The notes under the pieces were generated by a model. The model made no database searches, was not told the origin of the DNA, and saw only the letters and a program-made list of their open reading frames with translations. Made by a program: the position numbers and the translations under genes. This document shows, piece by piece, positions 19,206 through 28,201 of a stretch of DNA of 64,000 nucleotides (its first letter is position 1; the number at the start of each line of letters is the position of its first letter). The stretch lies in assembly GCA_046484865.1 (NCBI GenBank), contig JAWOID010000108.1:1-64000 (forward strand). The letters run 5' to 3'. Source of the stretch: Candidatus Krumholzibacteriia bacterium (GTDB lineage: Bacteria > Krumholzibacteriota > Krumholzibacteriia > LZORAL124-64-63).

Positions 19206-20972
19206 ATGAGACGCCTGTCCCGGCTTCGACCCACCCCTTCGCTGCGCCGGAGCGTGTTGGTGGCGGCGGGGCTCTGCGGCCTGGCGGCGCTGATCGTGGA
19301 ATACGGTACCGATCTTTCTGCCCGCGACCGGACGCTGGTGCGCTTCCTGACGGGTGCCGCGGTCGGGCTCTTCCTCGTCGAGCAGGCGCTCGCGGCCGTG
19401 GCGGTGCGCCCGTGGCGCCGCTGGCTGCGCGAACGCTGGCCCACCTTGCTTTTGTCGGCCCTGCTGCTGGCGGAGATGTCTCTGCTGCTTCTGTTCCGGC
19501 ACAGCGCCGGCGTGAACCGCTTTCTCGAGCAGCTGCACCTGCCGTCCCTCACGCGGGCTTACGTGGTGCTGGCGCAGTTCTACATCCTGGCCCGACTGGC
19601 GGTGGGGCTGCCCAGGGTGCACCGGCGCCTCGCCGCGGCCCGGGTGCGCCCGGCCATCGCCATGATGGTGATCTTCTTCGGTGTCATCCTGGGCGGGACC
19701 GGACTGCTCCTGCTGCCGCGCGCCACGCCGGCGGCGGCGCCCATCACGGTCCTGGACGCTCTGTTCACGGCCACCAGCGCCGTCTGCGTCACGGGTTTGA
19801 TCGTGCGCGACACCGCCGTCGATTTCACGGTCACGGGTCAGGTGATCATCATGATCCTCATCCAGCTCGGCGGGCTGGGGATCATGTCGCTGACGGCGTT
19901 CCTCAGCCTGCTGCTCGGCCGCGGCATCGGAGTCCGCGAGAGCAGCATGCTGCGCGAGGTCTTCCAGGTTCCGCTCTGGAGCGACGTGGGACGCGTGCTC
20001 CGCTTCATCGTGATCCTGACCCTGGTGGCGGAAGCGATCGGGACGGCGGTGCTCTACTGGGGGCTGCGCGACGTCATCGTCGCCCCGGGGCCCCGCCTGT
20101 TCGCGGCCGCCTTCCACGCCGTGTCCGCCTACTGCAACGCCGGCTTCAGCCTCTTCAGCGGATCGCTGGTCGGTCTGGACGAGCATCCGATCGTCGCCGG
20201 CGCCATCGCCGTGCTGCTGGTGGCCGGCGGCCTGGGGTTCACCGTGGCGGCGCAGCTCACGGACACGGCCAGAGGCCGTCTGCGAGGGCGTGGCCGTGCC
20301 GTGCGGCTGGCCACGCAGACCCGCATCGTCCTGTCCTTGACGGCGCTGCTGCTGGGAGCCGGCGCGGGGGTGATCCTGGTGCTCGAGTGGAACGGCGCGC
20401 TGGCGGGCCACTCGTGGCCGGGCAAGCTGGCCCATGCCTTCTTCCAGTCGGCCACCTGCCGCACCGCCGGCTTCAATACCCTTCCTGTACCGGCCTTCGG
20501 CAATCCCGCGCTGCTCATCATGATGGTCCTGATGTTCATCGGCGGCGCGCCCGGGTCCACGGCCGGCGGGATCAAGGTGACCACGCTGGCCGTGATGTGG
20601 GCGAACCTCCAGTCGGGGCGCCACGGCTTCCATCAGGTGCGCATCGGACGCCGCGAGATCGACCCCTCGGGCGTGAACCGGGCGCTGATCGTGGTCACCA
20701 GCGCGGCGGTTGCGGTGGCGCTCGGCACCTTCGTGCTGCTGGTCCTCGAGGGACGGGATCTGATGGAGACCGGCTTCGAGGTGGTCTCCGCCTTCGGCAC
20801 GGTGGGGCTGTCGCTGGGGCTCACGCCGGAACTGAGTCCGCTCGGGCGCTCGCTGGTGATCGTGCTGATGTTCGTGGGCCGGCTCGGGCCCTTGACCCTG
20901 GCCTACGGACTGACCCCCGCCGCGCGCGACCGCCAGGTGCGTCTGCCGCGGACGACGGTGATGGTCGGCTGA
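19206..20972 (+). CDS. KtrB/TrkH-family potassium uptake membrane subunit
   Basis: Four pore-loop motifs: SAVCVTGL, AYCNAGF, CRTAGF, AFGTVGLS; also GSTAGGIKVTT and MFVGRLGPLT. Confidence 0.95.
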   Translation: MRRLSRLRPTPSLRRSVLVAAGLCGLAALIVEYGTDLSARDRTLVRFLTGAAVGLFLVEQALAAVAVRPWRRWLRERWPTLLLSALLLAEMSLLLLFRHSAGVNRFLEQLHLPSLTRAYVVLAQFYILARLAVGLPRVHRRLAAARVRPAIAMMVIFFGVILGGTGLLLLPRATPAAAPITVLDALFTATSAVCVTGLIVRDTAVDFTVTGQVIIMILIQLGGLGIMSLTAFLSLLLGRGIGVRESSMLREVFQVPLWSDVGRVLRFIVILTLVAEAIGTAVLYWGLRDVIVAPGPRLFAAAFHAVSAYCNAGFSLFSGSLVGLDEHPIVAGAIAVLLVAGGLGFTVAAQLTDTARGRLRGRGRAVRLATQTRIVLSLTALLLGAGAGVILVLEWNGALAGHSWPGKLAHAFFQSATCRTAGFNTLPVPAFGNPALLIMMVLMFIGGAPGSTAGGIKVTTLAVMWANLQSGRHGFHQVRIGRREIDPSGVNRALIVVTSAAVAVALGTFVLLVLEGRDLMETGFEVVSAFGTVGLSLGLTPELSPLGRSLVIVLMFVGRLGPLTLAYGLTPAARDRQVRLPRTTVMVG

Positions 20973-21022
20973 GAACCGCGCCGCGGCCGTCGCCGGGCCG
21001 TCGCGCGAGGAGGGCGAATGCG

Positions 21023-21706
21023 ATGATGAAGGTGGCCGTGTTCGGACTGGGACGGTTCGGCGCCTCTGCGGCCGAGACCCTCTACCGCGAGGGTGCCGAG
21101 GTGCTGGCCATGGATCGCAACATGAGGATGGTGGAAGCCATCAAGGACCGGGTCTCGGTGGCCGTCGCCGCCGACGCCACCGATCGCGACAACCTCGTCG
21201 CCTACGACGTGGCGGACATGCACACCGCCCTCGTGGCGATCGGTACGAATTTCGAGGCCTCGGTGCTGGTCACCATGCTCTGCAAGGATCTGGGGGTGGA
21301 GCGGGTGATCGCGAAGGCGGTCAACCCCCTGCAGGAGCGGGTCCTGCGGGAGGTCGGAGCCGATCGCGTGATTTTGCCCGAGGAGGAGATGGGTCTTCGG
21401 CTCGCCGAGCACATCCTGCATGGCTCGGTCATCGACTTCGTCGAGTTGCCCGCCGGTTACAGCCTGCGTCGCATCGCGGTGCCGCGTCGCTGGTGGCGGC
21501 AGAGCATCGGCGATCTCAAGCTGCTGAGCCAGGAGCGCGTGAACCTGGTCCAGATCTTGCGGCGAGGAGCCGGCGCTGATCCTGATGCCATGGACGAGAA
21601 GAATGGCTGGGAGCGCGTGCCTCTGCCCCACGGAGAGATGGAGTTGCGCGCGGGTGACTACGTGGACGTCATCGGCCAGGACTCGGTGCTCGAGCGCCTC
21701 GAGTGA
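21023..21706 (+). CDS. KtrA/TrkA-family RCK regulatory subunit
   Basis: VAVFGLGRFG Rossmann motif, GADRVILPEEEMG; ATG after AGGAGG. Confidence 0.95.
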   Translation: MMKVAVFGLGRFGASAAETLYREGAEVLAMDRNMRMVEAIKDRVSVAVAADATDRDNLVAYDVADMHTALVAIGTNFEASVLVTMLCKDLGVERVIAKAVNPLQERVLREVGADRVILPEEEMGLRLAEHILHGSVIDFVELPAGYSLRRIAVPRRWWRQSIGDLKLLSQERVNLVQILRRGAGADPDAMDEKNGWERVPLPHGEMELRAGDYVDVIGQDSVLERLE

Positions 21707-21766
21707 GCGCCGCGGCATCGCACGGGACCGGGTGGAGATGGGGGTGCTCGCTGGAAGAAAAAGCGC

Positions 21767-21795
21767 TTGGCGTGCCCGACGGCTGGGGGTAGATT
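21767..21795 (+). promoter_or_regulatory. Candidate sigma70-type promoter for the OmpA/MotB gene
   Basis: TTGGCG-N17-TAGATT. Confidence 0.4.
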
Positions 21796-21945
21796 GGCGA
21801 TGTTCAACCGGGAGTGCCGGTTCTCACCGTGTCCCATGGGCCGCGGTGAGCCGTGATGCGGCGGGATCATGATTCCGGCGTGAGTCGGCCTGGCGACCAG
21901 GGAGGGTCGGGGCCGGTAGCGCCGTCAAAGAGAAGGAGTGACCCG

Positions 21946-22593
21946 ATGGCCTCGAATCGCGCGGTTCTGAGCGTCGTGCGGAACGCCGCCCTGCTGGTTC
22001 TGGCGGCGGGCCTGGTCGTCCTGGCCGGCTGCTCGTGCAAGGAGTACGAAGAGCAGATCATGCAACTCGACCAGCAGATCGCCACGCTGCAGCAGCAGAT
22101 CACCGAGCGGGAGACCACCGTTGCCGAGTGCGAGGAAGTCGCCGCCGAGTTGCGCGAGAACCTCCGCGCGGTGCGGGAGGAGAATGCAGCGCTGGTGGAG
22201 CAGACCGAGGAAGTGGTCTACGTCACCCTCGACGAGAAGCTCACCTTCGGCGACAGCCAGACCATGATCCTGGACACCATGGAACCCACGTTGCGCGCGG
22301 TGGCGGAGACCATCCGCAACCGCCCCGACTGGGAAGTGTTCGTCGCGGGCTACACGGACGAGCGCAAGATCCTGGAGGAGTTCCAGGACCGTTTCCCGAG
22401 CAACTGGGAACTGGGAGCCCACCGTGCGGCCGCGGTGGTCCGGTACCTGACCAACCAGTTCGACCTGCCGGCGGAGCGCTTCGGCGTGGTGAGCTTCGGC
22501 CCGTTCCGGCCGATCACCGAGCCGGTGGACGACGCGGCGCGGGCACAGAACCGGGTCGTGAGGATCTTCCTGCACAAGGCGACCGGGATCTAG
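21946..22593 (+). CDS. OmpA/MotB-family peptidoglycan-binding lipoprotein with coiled coil
   Basis: LAGC lipobox, coiled coil, GYTD..SNWELGAHRAAAVVRYL..SFGPFRP..NR; ATG after AAGGAG. Confidence 0.88.
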   Translation: MASNRAVLSVVRNAALLVLAAGLVVLAGCSCKEYEEQIMQLDQQIATLQQQITERETTVAECEEVAAELRENLRAVREENAALVEQTEEVVYVTLDEKLTFGDSQTMILDTMEPTLRAVAETIRNRPDWEVFVAGYTDERKILEEFQDRFPSNWELGAHRAAAVVRYLTNQFDLPAERFGVVSFGPFRPITEPVDDAARAQNRVVRIFLHKATGI

Positions 22594-22776
22594 CGGTTCG
22601 CGGCGAGTCGCGGGTTGCGCCGGCGCGACCGGGATCGAGGCCGCGAGGCGGGATGCGATGTCAGCAGGGGCGGGACGCGGGTCCCGCCCCTGCGTGCGTC
22701 GAGGCTCGGCGGCGGTGCCGGGGAGAACGTCGAGCCGCGGGCGGGACGTCGGCAGACGGCGCCGGGAGCGCCGGGA

Positions 22777-23955
22777 TCAGGCCGGCGTGCGCCGCTGCTG
22801 CATCCTGACGATGCTGGCCATCGCCCGGACCGCCGCCAGCACGTGATCCTCGGTGTTGAACGGGCCGATGCTGAACCGGACCGTGCCCTTGGGCATGGTC
22901 CCGATCGCCTCGTGAGCCAGCGGCGCGCAGTGCAGGCCGGTGCGCGTCGCGATGTCGTGCTGCACGTCGAGGATCATGCCCGCCTCGCCGGCCTCCATGC
23001 CGTCCACGTTGCAGCACACGACCGGCAGGTGCCGGTCGTCGTTCCCGCAGCAGTAGGTCGTCACGCCGGGCGTCTCCTGCAGGCCGTCCTGGAGCAGACG
23101 CGCCAGTTCCATCTCGCGGTGGTGCAGGGCGGCCACGGTCTGCTCCTCGACCCAGAGGACGCCTTCCAGCAGCCCCGCGATGCCCACCGTGTTCAGGGTG
23201 CCCACCTCGCAGCGGAAGGGGTAGTCGTCCAGGTGCGTGCGGACCGCCGACCTCACGCCGGTGCCGCCCCAGCGCGTGCTGCGGATCGGGACGTCCGGTC
23301 CGACGGCCATGCCGCCGATCCCGGTGGGCCCCATGAGCGACTTGTGCCCGGTGAACGCCACCACGTCGACGTTCATCGCCGCCATGTCGATGGGGACCAC
23401 GCCGGCGGTCTGGGCCGCATCGATGGCGAACACGACGCCGCGATCGCGGCAGATGCGCCCGATCTCCGCCACGGGCTGCACGGTGCCCAGCACGTTGCTG
23501 CCGTGGTTCACCACGACGAGCCGGGTGTCGGGACGGATGCGGCGGGCGAACTCGTCGGGGTCCACGAACCCGTCGCCGTCGCACGGCACCAGTTCGTGCG
23601 TGATGACGCCCTGCTGCTCGAGCACGTAGAGCGGCCGCAGGACCGAGTTGTGCTCCAGGGTGGTGGCGATCACGTGGTCGCCGGGACGGCAGATGCCCTG
23701 GATCGTCAGGTTGAGCGCGTCCGAGGCGTTCGAGGCGAAGACGAGCCGGTTGTAGTCGCCGGCCGGGTTGTTGAAGAAGGCGTCGAGTTCCCGCCGGGCG
23801 CGGTCGACCCGAAGTCCCGCCTCCACCGCCAGGTCGTAACCCGACCGGCCGGGGTTCACGCCGAAGTCGCGGTAGAAGGAGGCCATCGCCTCGATCACGC
23901 GGGGCGGCTTGGGGTAGGCGGTGGCGGCGTTGTCGAGATAGATGAGATCTTCCAT
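22777..23955 (-). CDS. Class V aminotransferase, cysteine desulfurase/selenocysteine lyase family
   Basis: IYLDNAATAYPKP, LEHNSV, DAAQ, FTGHK (PLP lysine), RTGLHCAP (catalytic Cys). Confidence 0.92.
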   Translation of the reverse strand: MEDLIYLDNAATAYPKPPRVIEAMASFYRDFGVNPGRSGYDLAVEAGLRVDRARRELDAFFNNPAGDYNRLVFASNASDALNLTIQGICRPGDHVIATTLEHNSVLRPLYVLEQQGVITHELVPCDGDGFVDPDEFARRIRPDTRLVVVNHGSNVLGTVQPVAEIGRICRDRGVVFAIDAAQTAGVVPIDMAAMNVDVVAFTGHKSLMGPTGIGGMAVGPDVPIRSTRWGGTGVRSAVRTHLDDYPFRCEVGTLNTVGIAGLLEGVLWVEEQTVAALHHREMELARLLQDGLQETPGVTTYCCGNDDRHLPVVCCNVDGMEAGEAGMILDVQHDIATRTGLHCAPLAHEAIGTMPKGTVRFSIGPFNTEDHVLAAVRAMASIVRMQQRRTPA

Positions 23956-24020
23956 GCCGAACTCCCCCGGCTGGGCGGTCTGCCCGTTCCTCCCGTGCGC
24001 CGGCGATCCGGCCGCGCGGA

Positions 24021-24096
24021 ATCATGGCCCTTCCGCCGCGGGATTTCAAGCCGCCGCGGGGCTGCTCTTGCCGGGGCGGACGGGCGCGGGTACTAT
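24021..24096. promoter_or_regulatory. Candidate divergent sigma70-type promoters (desulfurase and SPOR-cyclophilin)
   Basis: Plus strand TTGCCG-N17-TACTAT (24068-24096); minus strand TTGAAA-N17-CATGAT (24049-24021). Confidence 0.5.
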
Positions 24097-24140
24097 CGGG
24101 ACGGAATGGATCGAGTCCGGAAAACGGCAGGAGGCAGGCG

Positions 24141-24773
24141 ATGAGTGGACGCGCACGCAGGACGGGCGCAGGCAGTGCGGGGCTGATGATGGTGGCGCTG
24201 GCGGCGATGCTGCTGGCCGGTTGCGGAGGGGGAGACGAGGAGTCCGCCGAGCGCATGGTTCCCGGGTCGGAAGGTCCCGAGCGGGCGACGACGGCCGGCG
24301 ACACCGCGCTCGGGGACTGGGACGACGAGGGTGTGGCGGGCGCCCGGGCGGACACGGCCGCGGACGCCTGGCCCGACGCTGCGCCTGCCGGCGAGACGAC
24401 GGCACCCGGCGAGCGCGACGTTCGGCAATCCGACCCCGGCGACACCACGCCGGCGACCCGCCCGGCCGCCGAGCGACCGGCGACCACGTCGCCGCCTCCG
24501 TCGCGCAGCGTCGCGCAACCGGCGATGGGCGGTGCCGACTACGGGCCGTACAGCGTGCAGGCGGGCGCGTTCCGCACCATGGACCGCGCGCGGCGACAGG
24601 AGCAGACGCTGGCGAACGCGGGATTCGAGACGGTCATCGTCTCGGCGGACGTGCAGGGGACCACGTGGTACCGGATCTACGTGCCGTACCTGCCCGACCT
24701 CGACGCCGCGAACAGCGTGGCCGCGCGCATCCAGCGGGAACTCGGGCTGCAGACCCTGGTACGCAAGCACTGA
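24141..24773 (+). CDS. SPOR-domain lipoprotein
   Basis: LAGC lipobox, disordered linker, YSVQAGAF...WYRIYV SPOR motif; ATG after GGAGG. Confidence 0.9.
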   Translation: MSGRARRTGAGSAGLMMVALAAMLLAGCGGGDEESAERMVPGSEGPERATTAGDTALGDWDDEGVAGARADTAADAWPDAAPAGETTAPGERDVRQSDPGDTTPATRPAAERPATTSPPPSRSVAQPAMGGADYGPYSVQAGAFRTMDRARRQEQTLANAGFETVIVSADVQGTTWYRIYVPYLPDLDAANSVAARIQRELGLQTLVRKH

Positions 24774-24806
24774 TCCGCAGCGACCCGAACCGACGGAAGG
24801 TAGCGC

Positions 24807-25625
24807 ATGCATGACGTCTCATCCGGCCGCGGCCCGCAGGTCGCGCCGCATTCCGTCCCTCCGGCCGGCCGGCGGCACGTGGGGGCGATCCTGCTTGCGG
24901 GCGGTCTGCTGCTGGCCTCGCTGGCCGAAACGCTCCCGGCCGCCGCGCAGAGCGAGTCCGCGGCTGGCGAAGCGCCACGCCCCCTGGTGCGCATGGACAC
25001 CGACGCGGGCCCGGTCCTGCTCGTGCTGTTTCCGGACCTGGCACCCAACCACGTGGCGCAGTTCCTCCACCTGACCGGGACCGGGTTCTACGAGGGCACC
25101 TACTTCCACCGGCTGGTGCCCGGCTTCGTGATCCAGGGCGGCGATCCCAACACGAAGGACCGCGACCCGCGCAACGACGGCGTGGGTGGTCCCGCGCTCG
25201 CCGACGTGCTCGGGGACGAGGCGGCCGCCGCGCTGGACCGTTTGAACACGTTGCTGGCGGCTCGCGGCTACGCCCCGCTGCGTGCCGAGGCGAACCTCGC
25301 GGCCGAGTTCTCGCAGCGGGCGAAGCACGGCCGCGGTTCGCTCTCGATGGCGCGGGCTCGTGATCCCGATTCGGCCGGCAGCCAGTTCTTCATCTGCGTG
25401 GCTCCCACGCCTCAGCTGGACGGCCAGTACACGCTCTTCGGCCAGGTGGTGGACGGCATGGACGTGGTGGACGCCATCGTGTCCGCGCCCACCGACCCGG
25501 CGCGCGGGCGGGAGCAGCCCGCCGAGCCGGTGCACATCACCTCGCTGCGGGTGGTCGCGCGCGAGGATCTCACGCCGGCCGAGCAGGACCTGCTGGCGGC
25601 GGTGCCGGACCCGCTGGGAGACTAG
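24807..25625 (+). CDS. Exported cyclophilin-type peptidyl-prolyl isomerase
   Basis: APNHV, FHRLVPGFVIQGGDP, LSMAR, SAGSQFFI, LDGQYTLFGQVVDGMDVV; signal peptide. Confidence 0.94.
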   Translation: MHDVSSGRGPQVAPHSVPPAGRRHVGAILLAGGLLLASLAETLPAAAQSESAAGEAPRPLVRMDTDAGPVLLVLFPDLAPNHVAQFLHLTGTGFYEGTYFHRLVPGFVIQGGDPNTKDRDPRNDGVGGPALADVLGDEAAAALDRLNTLLAARGYAPLRAEANLAAEFSQRAKHGRGSLSMARARDPDSAGSQFFICVAPTPQLDGQYTLFGQVVDGMDVVDAIVSAPTDPARGREQPAEPVHITSLRVVAREDLTPAEQDLLAAVPDPLGD

Positions 25626-25653
25626 GCTCTGTCCGAGAACCCTCGGCCAGAGC

Positions 25654-28062
25654 CTAGCGCGGATCGTTCACGTGGGGACCGCCTGCGGCCCGGGAGTCTT
25701 CCGCGTCGCGCCGGGCGTCGGCGAGCATGTCCAGCAGCTCGCTCGCCCGGCGCGCCAGGCTCGTTCCCTCGGCGACGGCCGCACGCACGGAGCGGGCGAC
25801 CCTGGCCGCCTCCTCGAACTGGTCGCTCCTGGCGAGCACCAGCGCTTCCTCGAACTGCAGACCCGCCGGCGAGCGCCCGGACTCCACGAGCAGCCGCTGC
25901 GCGCGGCGGAGCGCCGCCAGCGCGAGGTCCGCGCGGCCGAGCGCGGTCTGGGCGCGGCCGTAGGTGACGACCGCCGGCTCCAGCTCCGGCATCATGGCCA
26001 GCACCGCCGCCGCCCGCAGGGCGGCCGGCCCATGCTTTCCCGTCTGCTCGAGCACGTGGGAGGAGCGCATGAGGAACGGCAGGACGTACTGCTCGAACGG
26101 GCCCCGCAGCGTGTGCACCCAGGGCGCCGGTTCGCCCGCAGCGCCGTCGCCGGACCCGGGAGCGCCGCTGCGCAGACTGCCGCCGCTGCGCTGCTCCGGC
26201 GGCGCGAGCCGGCGATCGGCGGCGGCGCGGAATTCCGGCGGCACCTCGTCCGCCCACCACAGCGGGTCGAGAGGCTCGCGCGCGGCGATGGTCCGCTGCG
26301 CCCGCGGCCCCAGCCGGTAGATGACGATCTCGGGACCATGGCGGGTGATGGTCGCCTCCAGGCGCGCCGCCTCGTCGGCGAACCTCTCCAGCCAGCGATA
26401 GAACGTCGCTTGCCGGGGGTAACGCTCGGGGTCCGCCAGGTAGCGCCCCGCCACCGCGCCGCTGCGCACGAACCAGTCCATGCCGGCCAGCAACTCGGGC
26501 CGGTAGAAGACGGCGTTGAGATCGGAGCCGTGCGCGAAAACCTCCAGCGTCTCGACGCCGGCCGGGGTGTCGATGTTCACGCGGAAGTTGCCGCTCGTGA
26601 CCAGCGGCATCGGGATGCTGTGGTGGCGGGGCAGCGCGGCGAAGGCGGCCCGCGCCGGCTCGCTGGCGGCGGCAAAGGCCGGGTGACGGCGCACCAGCCG
26701 GTCGTCGAAGACGTTGCGCAGATCGGCGCCGTAGGCCTCCTGCACCACGATCTCGTCGCGCGTGAGATGCGTTTCCAGCCAGCGCCGCGCCGCGGCCTGC
26801 GTGGTGTCGGCGCCGGCGGCGGCGGCTCGCAGGCCCACCGCGGCCACGGGCACCAGCACCGCGGCGCCGATGGCGGTGTACCACCAGCCAGGGCGTCCGA
26901 ACAGACGCGACCCCGCCGTCCCGCGGCGCTGCCAGGCGCGGGCCGCCGCCTCCGCGGCGTCGCGCACCGCCACCGCGGCGAGGACGGCCGCCGGCGCCAT
27001 CAGGGGCACGAGGTAGCGGGGCGCGGTCATGCGGAAGAGCACCACGGCGAGCAGGGGAGGCAGGAGCACGAGCCAGACGGTGATCTCCGAGGCGCGCCGG
27101 CGGCGGCGCGGCAAGGTGGCCAGACCCGCCGCCAGGACCGCCAGCAGCGGCCAGCCGAGGTGTTCGCGCGCCTGCGCGAACACGAAGCCGGATCCGCGGC
27201 CGCCCAGGGTGCCGAGGTGGCCCTCGGCCATGTGCGCCTGCTCGAAGCCGAAATCGGCCCGGAACTCGTCGAAGTTCAGCAGCACGTACGGGGAGGTGGC
27301 CAGGAAGACGAGCAGGCTGGCGGCGGCCAGGGCGGGCGCCAGCCAGAGCGCCCGGCGGCCGTGCCGGTGACCGACCACCCAGGCGAGCGGGATCACCAGC
27401 AACCCCGCATTGTACTTCGCTCCCGCCGCCAGCCCGATCAGCACCACGGCCGCCGCGAGCCGGCCGCGTCCGCCGGCCTGCTGGTAGGCCACGAGGCGCT
27501 CGGCGGCGGCGATCCCCAGCGCCGCCTGGACCGGGTCCACGAAGATCTCGCGGGACGTCACCACGAGCGTGGCGGAGAGGGCCACCACCGCGGCCGCCAG
27601 CCATCCCGAGCCGCGCCGGAGGCGCTCGGCCAGCCGCCAGGCCAGCAGGACGGCCGCCACGTCGGCCGCCACGCCGACCAGGCGCGCGGCCAGCACCGGG
27701 CCGGTGGGGTCCGTCTGCATGGTCAGCCAGAGATCCGCCGGCGCCGTGTAGCGGCCGGCGAGCCAGCCCCAGAGGTAATGCGCTTTCTGCACCAGGAAAT
27801 GCAGGTAGATTGTGAGCGTCGGATAGTTGAAGAAGCCTGGGTCGAGATCGGTGCGGCCGGTCTCCCAGCCCCACATCTCCAGGGCCTCCCGCAGCGGGAT
27901 GGCCTCCTCGTGGAAGTCCGGCAGTCCGTGCCCCAGGCGCCACAGCCTCAGGAACGCGGCCAGGCCGGCCAGCGCGAGCGCCACCGCGAGGTGCGTTCGC
28001 GCCGGTACCGGCGGCGCTCCGGCGGCCGCCGGTTGACGGGGGCGGGAACCGGAAGCTAGCAT
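25654..28062 (-). CDS. GT-C (family 39/ArnT/PMT-like) membrane glycosyltransferase with C-terminal TPR-like region
   Basis: AFLRLW..HEE first-loop acidic motif, FNYPTL, GAKYN, PRYLVPL, about 11 TMs, soluble helical C-terminus. Confidence 0.8.
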   Translation of the reverse strand: MLASGSRPRQPAAAGAPPVPARTHLAVALALAGLAAFLRLWRLGHGLPDFHEEAIPLREALEMWGWETGRTDLDPGFFNYPTLTIYLHFLVQKAHYLWGWLAGRYTAPADLWLTMQTDPTGPVLAARLVGVAADVAAVLLAWRLAERLRRGSGWLAAAVVALSATLVVTSREIFVDPVQAALGIAAAERLVAYQQAGGRGRLAAAVVLIGLAAGAKYNAGLLVIPLAWVVGHRHGRRALWLAPALAAASLLVFLATSPYVLLNFDEFRADFGFEQAHMAEGHLGTLGGRGSGFVFAQAREHLGWPLLAVLAAGLATLPRRRRRASEITVWLVLLPPLLAVVLFRMTAPRYLVPLMAPAAVLAAVAVRDAAEAAARAWQRRGTAGSRLFGRPGWWYTAIGAAVLVPVAAVGLRAAAAGADTTQAAARRWLETHLTRDEIVVQEAYGADLRNVFDDRLVRRHPAFAAASEPARAAFAALPRHHSIPMPLVTSGNFRVNIDTPAGVETLEVFAHGSDLNAVFYRPELLAGMDWFVRSGAVAGRYLADPERYPRQATFYRWLERFADEAARLEATITRHGPEIVIYRLGPRAQRTIAAREPLDPLWWADEVPPEFRAAADRRLAPPEQRSGGSLRSGAPGSGDGAAGEPAPWVHTLRGPFEQYVLPFLMRSSHVLEQTGKHGPAALRAAAVLAMMPELEPAVVTYGRAQTALGRADLALAALRRAQRLLVESGRSPAGLQFEEALVLARSDQFEEAARVARSVRAAVAEGTSLARRASELLDMLADARRDAEDSRAAGGPHVNDPR

Positions 28063-28201
28063 CGCGGCTCTCCCCGGGAACGCATGGAGCGATGACCCCC
28101 GGGTGGTCCTCGGGCGATCGGCGAACGCTCGGGGCGGCGCCGGGCAGCGCAGGTCGCCCGTTCACGGGTCCGGCGGCGCCTCGCGGGCCGCCGGGGCAAG
28201 G

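Noticed and set aside
15502..20633. ORF-track 1138 aa and 1311 aa giant proteins
   Set aside because: Their N-terminal parts are stop-free extensions over neighbouring genes; the real genes start at 16656 and about 18815/18683.
21946..22593. Flagellar stator motB
   Set aside because: Has a lipobox rather than the Asp-containing TM helix, and there is no motA or flagellar gene adjacent.
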